64,000 nt of DNA from a virus (taxonomy: Duplodnaviria; Caudoviricetes). The notes beneath the pieces were generated by a model. It did not search any database. It saw nothing but the letters and a program-made list of their open reading frames with translations, and was not told where the DNA came from. This document shows, in pieces, positions 57,929-64,000 of this stretch. Position numbers and translations under genes: made by a program. The number at the start of each line of letters is the position of its first letter. Position 1 is the stretch's first letter. The stretch lies in the IMG/VR virus record IMGVR_UViG_3300021387_001106, positions 1 through 64,000 of that record. One strand, given 5' to 3'.

Positions 57929-59038
57929 ATGCCATCAATTCAGAATGACTTGAAAAGGATCCGCCTTTCCCTTAAAAAACGAAGAGAAGACGGATATACG
58001 GGAGAAAAAACATGCACAGGCGCATATAAAACGCATGGGAAAATTGACCGGGGGGCCGCAAGTGCTATAATAAAGTTGAAGGGGGGGAAGGTACGGGCAG
58101 ATAGCTGCCAAAAAGGACAAGCGGACGGCGGACCGGGAAGCGGAAACTGGGGACATGAAGGCAGGGACACAGGTGAACCCGGCGGTTCAAAGCCCGGTGG
58201 CGGAAAGAAAAACAGGACATACCGCAATAAAATAGGTTTCATTGCAACAATGAAGAAAGGAGACGCTAAACTTCTCGAACGGACAGACAGAAAGGTGGCT
58301 AAGATGAGGAAAAAGCTCCCCGGGCTCATGAAAGAAAGCCATGAAACATGGGAAAGCTGTGTAGCCGCCAGCAAAAGCGGGTCTTCAATCCCTTCCGGGT
58401 CTGAGGCAAGAAAAGACAGAGTTTTAAAAGGGCTTTCGCCGGGGGCACAGAAAAGGTATGACCGAGTTTTCGAAGCAGAACAAAGGATAACAAAAGACCT
58501 TATCGGCATTGCGTCCGACAGTGGAACTGAGATGTACGGCTTGGATTTTTCGCTGAAGAAGGGTTCCTCTGTGGTAGAGAAGGTCGCAAGGAAAAGAGCG
58601 GCGGATATTGCGCGTGAACTTAAACCTAAAACAGACGAAGAATATGTATCTCAACTCGGGGACCTTGTCAGGTACACACAACTTTGTGACCATAACAAGA
58701 TGGCAGACGTCGCAAAGGGCACGCTGTCTTCACTGAAGGCAAAAGGATATGACGTAGTCGAGGTAGACAACAAGTGGCAGGATGAGAAGTCCACATACAA
58801 AGGATTTCACATAATCGCAAAGGATAAGAACGGACAGCGGTTTGAACTCCAGATACATTCGAAAGAGAGTATGGATGTCAAGGAGCTTAACCATGTGCAA
58901 TATGAAGTTGCAAGGCAGCCAAAAGCCAGCGCTTATGTCAGGGATACGCTCGACCCACAAATGGCTGAAAGAACTGCAAAAATGAAGAAGCCAAAAGGGA
59001 TGAACGATCCCGCCTTGAAGTCGTGGAAAAATGAATGA
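57929..59038 (+). CDS. RelA/SpoT-type small alarmone synthetase (toxSAS/Apk2-like) with GGPGSGNWGH tag
   Basis: LKKGSSVVEK, DLVRYT, YKGFH, FELQIH. Confidence 0.82.
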   Translation: MPSIQNDLKRIRLSLKKRREDGYTGEKTCTGAYKTHGKIDRGAASAIIKLKGGKVRADSCQKGQADGGPGSGNWGHEGRDTGEPGGSKPGGGKKNRTYRNKIGFIATMKKGDAKLLERTDRKVAKMRKKLPGLMKESHETWESCVAASKSGSSIPSGSEARKDRVLKGLSPGAQKRYDRVFEAEQRITKDLIGIASDSGTEMYGLDFSLKKGSSVVEKVARKRAADIARELKPKTDEEYVSQLGDLVRYTQLCDHNKMADVAKGTLSSLKAKGYDVVEVDNKWQDEKSTYKGFHIIAKDKNGQRFELQIHSKESMDVKELNHVQYEVARQPKASAYVRDTLDPQMAERTAKMKKPKGMNDPALKSWKNE

Positions 59039-59051
59039 AAGGGGGGATAAA

Positions 59052-59309
59052 ATGAGAGAAGTGACCTACTATCTGGCGGATAACTGCGGTAACATTATCC
59101 TCATGAAACGTGTGCGCGACCCTAAAAAAGGTATTTTTACCGGATATATCTGGAACCCGCACAAATGGGTCGAGGCATGGGAGCTTTGTTGTGATTACTT
59201 CTACGGATACGAACCCGCCAAAGTAACAGATGAAGAGGGGGCCAAGGCTTACATGGTCGAGGCCGGTGTAACCGGGGAACAGGCAGAGGAGTTCCTGAAA
59301 GAGGATTGA
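59052..59309 (+). CDS. Putative immunity protein for the toxSAS
   Basis: Small gene directly downstream; YY...W...DEEGA pattern. Confidence 0.6.
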   Translation: MREVTYYLADNCGNIILMKRVRDPKKGIFTGYIWNPHKWVEAWELCCDYFYGYEPAKVTDEEGAKAYMVEAGVTGEQAEEFLKED

Positions 59310-59479
59310 TGAACGAAAAAACGCAAAAGGGGGGAATAACCTTCCGACCCGGTAAAGACGGCAGCATAGAGGCTGTCAAGGATGGTAAAGTGATAGGGCA
59401 TATCTGGACGAATGATGATGTGGTCGATACGAACGAAACGGACGGTAGAACCAATACTGAGAACAGCACGGATAAATAA
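59309..59479 (+). CDS. Small protein ITFRPGKDG...WTND (not in ORF track)
   Basis: 56 aa; same module recurs inside the 60513 ORF near 61875. Confidence 0.65.
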   Translation: MNEKTQKGGITFRPGKDGSIEAVKDGKVIGHIWTNDDVVDTNETDGRTNTENSTDK

Positions 59480-59590
59480 TTCATACTAAGCCGGGGGCGG
59501 CTTAGAGGGGCAGATAAAAAGAATATATAGTGTTTTTTAAGCAGGGTATACACCCTGCTTTTTTATTGCCCAAAAGAGCGTAGGGGAAGG

Positions 59591-60433
59591 ATGACAGAAT
59601 ACAAGAGCTTTTTCAAAACTGTCGGGGGCAACGAGGGCAACAAGTGCCACTACCCGACAAGACTTGATAGCTACGGGTGTGGCTGCGCACATGACTGCAA
59701 ATACTGCTATGCAAGGTCGCTGCTGGAGTTTCGCGGGCTGTGGCGTCCCGAGGACCCGTCTGTTGCTGATATAGGCAAGATACGGCGTAAATTGGATAAA
59801 GTGGAACCGGGGACGATATTGAGGCTCGGCGGAATGACAGACTGTTTTCAGCCGATGGAACGCAAACTGGCCATCACATATCAGGTGGTCAGGGAACTGA
59901 ACAAGCGCCGTATCGGGTACCTGATCGTGACGAAATCCGCCATGGTTGCGGATGACCGGTACATCGGTGTCTATGACCCGGAACTTGCCCATATACAGGT
60001 GACCATTACGGCAACAGATGATGCCGTGGCGCTTGGATACGAGAAAGCGAGTCCAATTTCAGAGCGTATCAAAGCAGTCGAGAAGCTACAGATGAATGGT
60101 CTGGACGTGGCCGTAAGGCTTTCTCCATTCATACCTGAGTATGTAGATTTTGATGTTCTGAACAGCATCAAATGTGACAAGATACTTGTGGAGTTCCTCA
60201 GGTCAAATGCCTTTATCCGAAAGACATTCCCAATAGACTACTCGGAATACACGGTGAAGCAGAACGGATACTGGCACATGTCGCTCGACAGGAAGAAATA
60301 CTGGCTATCAAAGATAACGGGTTTCAACGAGCTGACGGTATGTGATGACGAGACAGAAGCATACGAATATTGGAAACAAAACGTCAACCCGAATCCTGAT
60401 GACTGCTGCAATCTTCGGAAGGTTGCAATCTGA
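59591..60433 (+). CDS. Radical SAM protein, spore-photoproduct-lyase-like
   Basis: RLDSYGCGCAHDCKYCYA, GGMTDCFQP, VTKS, RLSPFIP. Confidence 0.88.
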   Translation: MTEYKSFFKTVGGNEGNKCHYPTRLDSYGCGCAHDCKYCYARSLLEFRGLWRPEDPSVADIGKIRRKLDKVEPGTILRLGGMTDCFQPMERKLAITYQVVRELNKRRIGYLIVTKSAMVADDRYIGVYDPELAHIQVTITATDDAVALGYEKASPISERIKAVEKLQMNGLDVAVRLSPFIPEYVDFDVLNSIKCDKILVEFLRSNAFIRKTFPIDYSEYTVKQNGYWHMSLDRKKYWLSKITGFNELTVCDDETEAYEYWKQNVNPNPDDCCNLRKVAI

Positions 60434-60512
60434 AGGAAGAACTCAAAGAACATAGACGATGAACTATGGGACAGCAATGACTGTTCTTTTTTTTGCACAG
60501 AAGGAGGCGCGG

Positions 60513-63500
60513 ATGACCACGCTGGATTTCAATAAGGCGGTAATGGCATTTGTGTTCGCCTACCGTGCTGGAAATATCGAGAACGATTCTACACACATGG
60601 ACAACGCTTACGATGAATGGCTCGAAGAAAACCTCGATAAGTTTGAAGACGACGATTCAGAGGTGGCATTTGCCCAATGGAAGAACAGCGAGGGGGAAAA
60701 GCCAAGGGACTGTGATGACATCGACATGGTCGAGGCAATGTGGTTGGAATACAAAGGGCGGAGGAAAGACGGAAAAGACGATGAGGAAGGACGCTGGATT
60801 ACCACGGAAAACAAGCATAAGGTGCATATCAATGAAGAAGGCGTCGCTGACAAAGGGAATCCACATGTCCTTGCCGTGATGAACGAGGGGGAGAAAAGTG
60901 CGAGGAATAACAGCAGCCCTAAGGGGACGGCAAAGCACAAGATCGTTAATGGAAAAGATATTTCTGAATCTTACAGCGGTGAAGGAACCATAACGTCTGT
61001 CATACACGAACAGGGATTTGATGGGGTGCCTAAAGTCGTTTCGGATGATGAGTTTGATGAAGCTGTCAAAGCAAGCGGTTTTGTCGCTCAGAGGACATAT
61101 TCATCAGAGTCGCCTGAGGTTCTGGATGCATACCGGGAAGCACTTTACAGCGGGGAATGGTATGTGGAGTGTACTTATGGAAAGTCAGCATTTGGAAGGG
61201 GTATGTATACCGTATCCGATGCCTCGGGGACTATAACAGAGGCTGCGGAAGAAGAGGTTGCGAAATATCGAAAGTATGGCCAACATAGCTATACGGAAAC
61301 GATGACGCTTGCCCCGGGGGCCAAGATAGCAGATTACAGAAAAATTGCAGAAGATTGGGAAGATGGCTTTAATCACTACAATGACCTTGAGGAAATAAAA
61401 GCCTTAGAGAATAGGGCTCAGGAAGATATTGATAAAAAAATAAAAGGACTGGGCAAAAGAGGAAAAGAGTATCTTGATTGGGCAAAGCCTTTAGAAGAAG
61501 CCTTTTACAAAGAACAATTTAAGGTAAATTGGAAAGACGAAAAACAGATAGAAGAATACAACGGGCGGTATAAAAAATTTTACGAGGAAAAGAAAAGAAG
61601 GCTCAGCATGTTTGACCCGGATACTGCTCTTGCATTGGATAAGCCTCATAAGGCAGCTGAGAAAAGATTCAGGGAATTAGAAAAGGAGAAGTTCAAAAAA
61701 GGCATTGAGTTGCGTAAAAGATTCAAAGACATCAACGCTTATGCAGCGTCGTTGGGATACGATGCGGTCAACGTACCCCACGGAAAGGGGCTCTTTTACA
61801 CAATCATCCTGAACCGAACGAAGCTCATCATTAAAGATAAGCGAAATCGGAAAGATGATGAAGATGACAAGCACATCACCTTCCGCCCGGGAAAAGACGG
61901 ACAGATGTTGGCTGTAAAAGACGGAAAAGTGATTGGCTCGGTCTGGACAAACGATGTGCAGTCAGACGATATGCAACATGATTCCGATGAAAGCTCTGGT
62001 CCGGTGGAAAGCCTTGGGGACAAGCTCAGAAAATTTAGGATGATCCGCAGAAAATATAGGCACGATGCATCCTTTGGAGACGAACCTGTTGATGAACTTA
62101 TTGATGATTTCGGCCTTGGTGATGACGAAGAGTGGATAACAGTAAATGGCACGCATATACTCCTGAATCAAGAGGGCAAAGCGGTGAACGGCGGCGACCT
62201 TGCCGGGAAGGACTTCTCAAATGCGAAAAGCGAGCCGACCGTCGCACGCCGTCCTACACCGGAAGTCGGGAAGAGAAAGTCGACGGACTTCCTTCCACTG
62301 CATTCCTACAGGGATACAGAAACGTTTAAGGACGCAGTGGCCTCTTATAAAGAAGCAAGTGAAAAAGCCGATGAGCTGTGGGCAAAAAGAAAAGAACTTG
62401 AAGAAGCTGTCAAAAGCGAGAGCCGACCGAAACCGAAAGATGAATGGGATGAGGAAGATGAGTACCAGTCACTGATAGGGAAAAGGCCGAGGATATACAC
62501 CGAAAAAGGAAAGAAACTCCAAGACGAGTTATCAAAAGTCGAGAAGGAGTGGTTTAAACAGAAAAAAGCCAATGACGAAGCATCTGAAAAGCTCGATGCC
62601 ATGAAAGAGCAGGAACATCAGCGTCAGGCTGCCGCCTATAAGCCGAACAAGTTCAAGGAAGCTAAAAAGGATGACTATGAAGGGTTCACGCTCGACAAGA
62701 CCAGCAATTCATTTGGTGATGAGTACCTTCAGAACGGCAAGGGCAGGATCGTAGAGATGTCACCGAGGGAGTACCTTGAACGGTGTGCTTACGAGATATT
62801 CCACAACGGCACAATGGAAAGCACCATGGGGGCTGTTGACGAAAAGACAACGGACAAATACGCGGAGCAAATGAAGAACGGCGAGAAGTTCGACCTTCCA
62901 TACCTGAACTACAAGGACATGGGACAGGAGGGAAGGCACAGGGCTGTAGCTGCATACAAAGCCGGTATCGAAACAATGCCGGTGCTCATTATCGGGGACC
63001 CGAAACACAGGAAAGATTCCAAACGACATGAGCGTATGGATGAAGAACCAGAAGAATGGATTACCGTGAACGGTAACCACATACCGCTTGATGGCGATAA
63101 GAAGCCTATCGGCGGACAGATGAAAGCGCTTGGGAAAGCAGCTCCAAAAGCAAAAGCCCGTCCTGCACACGGGGTGGTATCCAAAAAGACGTCACTCACT
63201 CCTGCTCAAAGGAAGCATTATTCGGACGAGCTCGAACGGATAACAGAAGCTTTCCAGAAGGAGAGGGATTTCCAGAAGAGTGTTAATCCAAAAGTGAAGG
63301 ACTACGACCCGACCCCGTTTATTGAAAGCGAAAAGCGAGCAAAAGAACTCCGTGCGGAGGGGGAACGCCTCTGTGGGGAAATGCCGGCGGGGACAATTAT
63401 CACTAAGGGCACCGAACTGTATGAGAAGACAGATGACGGAAAATGGACAATGACCAAACCGGGAATCAGAAGGACGATCGAAAATTCGAGTGCGGCTGAT

Positions 63501-64000
63501 TTCATAGGCGGCTATACAGATAACTCTTCCAATTACGGGCCAAAGCTCGTGGAGAGCACGGATGAGGCAGAACAGCTTGAAGACATCTCCATGCACGACA
63601 ACAGCACGTATGGGGACTGGGCTGCTGACCTCAACGGAAAGGCTCGTAAAGACCTTGTCAAGCGAGCAAAGAAAGACCCTGAGTTCAAGGAGCTGGTCGA
63701 TTCCATAGTCCTTTATACAGAAGGTGGATATGTCGACCAAAGGAAAGCACTCGAAGCGGCAACGGAGACCGGACTGAAAGATGTCGATGCTCAGACAGTA
63801 GGAATGTACGCAAACGATACCATCTACAAAATACGGGATCTGTGGAAAGGACAGGACCTGACAGGCAGTCAGGCATCACTTGCGGGGGGCATGGCGCACC
63901 TCACGGGTGTCATCAATGCCGCAGACCCGGTTGAGAAGCCGCTGTTCCGCGCTGCTCAGGATAGGAGCATCGCAAAGACCGGGGAACAAGAACCATATGT
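60513..64000 (+). CDS. Large multidomain head-associated effector polyprotein (>1160 aa, runs off window; not in ORF track)
   Basis: AGGAGG RBS, MTTLDFNK start; frame open at all spots checked; three WIT..N/H tags; ART-like (RTY..FGRGMY..GYDAV), ParB-like (MSP.EY..QEGRHRA), start of second ART-like domain (LYT.GGY..LFR). Confidence 0.85.
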   Translation, partial: MTTLDFNKAVMAFVFAYRAGNIENDSTHMDNAYDEWLEENLDKFEDDDSEVAFAQWKNSEGEKPRDCDDIDMVEAMWLEYKGRRKDGKDDEEGRWITTENKHKVHINEEGVADKGNPHVLAVMNEGEKSARNNSSPKGTAKHKIVNGKDISESYSGEGTITSVIHEQGFDGVPKVVSDDEFDEAVKASGFVAQRTYSSESPEVLDAYREALYSGEWYVECTYGKSAFGRGMYTVSDASGTITEAAEEEVAKYRKYGQHSYTETMTLAPGAKIADYRKIAEDWEDGFNHYNDLEEIKALENRAQEDIDKKIKGLGKRGKEYLDWAKPLEEAFYKEQFKVNWKDEKQIEEYNGRYKKFYEEKKRRLSMFDPDTALALDKPHKAAEKRFRELEKEKFKKGIELRKRFKDINAYAASLGYDAVNVPHGKGLFYTIILNRTKLIIKDKRNRKDDEDDKHITFRPGKDGQMLAVKDGKVIGSVWTNDVQSDDMQHDSDESSGPVESLGDKLRKFRMIRRKYRHDASFGDEPVDELIDDFGLGDDEEWITVNGTHILLNQEGKAVNGGDLAGKDFSNAKSEPTVARRPTPEVGKRKSTDFLPLHSYRDTETFKDAVASYKEASEKADELWAKRKELEEAVKSESRPKPKDEWDEEDEYQSLIGKRPRIYTEKGKKLQDELSKVEKEWFKQKKANDEASEKLDAMKEQEHQRQAAAYKPNKFKEAKKDDYEGFTLDKTSNSFGDEYLQNGKGRIVEMSPREYLERCAYEIFHNGTMESTMGAVDEKTTDKYAEQMKNGEKFDLPYLNYKDMGQEGRHRAVAAYKAGIETMPVLIIGDPKHRKDSKRHERMDEEPEEWITVNGNHIPLDGDKKPIGGQMKALGKAAPKAKARPAHGVVSKKTSLTPAQRKHYSDELERITEAFQKERDFQKSVNPKVKDYDPTPFIESEKRAKELRAEGERLCGEMPAGTIITKGTELYEKTDDGKWTMTKPGIRRTIENSSAADFIGGYTDNSSNYGPKLVESTDEAEQLEDISMHDNSTYGDWAADLNGKARKDLVKRAKKDPEFKELVDSIVLYTEGGYVDQRKALEAATETGLKDVDAQTVGMYANDTIYKIRDLWKGQDLTGSQASLAGGMAHLTGVINAADPVEKPLFRAAQDRSIAKTGEQEPY

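Larger units (their letters stand above)
1..64000. mobile_element. Large temperate tailed phage/prophage (Firmicutes host); both ends lie outside the window
   Basis: Serine integrase, divergent cI/cro, replication module, terS/terL, portal, tRNA-like cluster. Confidence 0.95.

Noticed and set aside
60466-60494. GGGACAGCAATGACTGTTC containing ACAGCAA
   Set aside because: The ACAG is paired within a terminator stem, unlike the unpaired motif
1-64000. CRISPR array, DGR template repeat/reverse transcriptase, rRNA, IS transposase
   Set aside because: No regularly spaced repeat-spacer array, no AAC-rich copy of the variable region, no RT, rRNA or transposase motifs seen

Overview
64 kb from a large temperate tailed phage or prophage, most likely infecting a Clostridia/Lachnospiraceae-type Firmicute (inferred from gene families and AGGAGG/AAGGGGG ribosome-binding sites). 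Layout: (1) 1-3004, an RNA island containing the 3' end of a large structured RNA, several anticodon-damaged tRNA mimics, a DUF2828 (helical + vWA, Ro60/TROVE-like) gene bracketed by two tRNAs carrying the same 46-nt insertion, and free-standing circularly permuted copies of that insert's stem + CAGCAA motif. (2) 3-12.7 kb, small accessory genes (ThyX-like, XRE HTHs, SPL-like radical SAM, P-loop kinase). (3) A host-like AI-2E transporter, a large serine recombinase and a cI/cro/cII switch. (4) Recombination/replication genes (PD-(D/E)XK nuclease, RecT, replisome organizer, G39P-like loader/inhibitor, RusA, HNHc, SSB, ArpU-like activator). (5) 26-44.8 kb, short early-type genes behind repeated promoter cassettes, including a DUF6273 gene that looks like a DGR target and an inverted EcoRI-family MTase + DUF262/HNH cassette. 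(6) DUF488, MTase/GNAT-like and ParB genes, terS, and terL with a class 3 intein. (7) A head module in which the DUF1073-type portal and neighbouring proteins carry effector domains (Nudix, HEXXH peptidase, ADP-ribosyltransferases, RelA/SpoT-type toxSAS, ParB-like) separated by recurring R/H-x-D motifs and two shared tags (DGGPGSGNWGH and WITVNGxH). This module includes a >1160-aa ORF from 60513 that runs off the window and is absent from the ORF track. The two best candidates for undescribed systems are the DUF2828 + CAGCAA-stem tRNA/ncRNA locus and the RxD-delimited head-effector polyproteins. All family assignments come from motif recognition; no searches were run.
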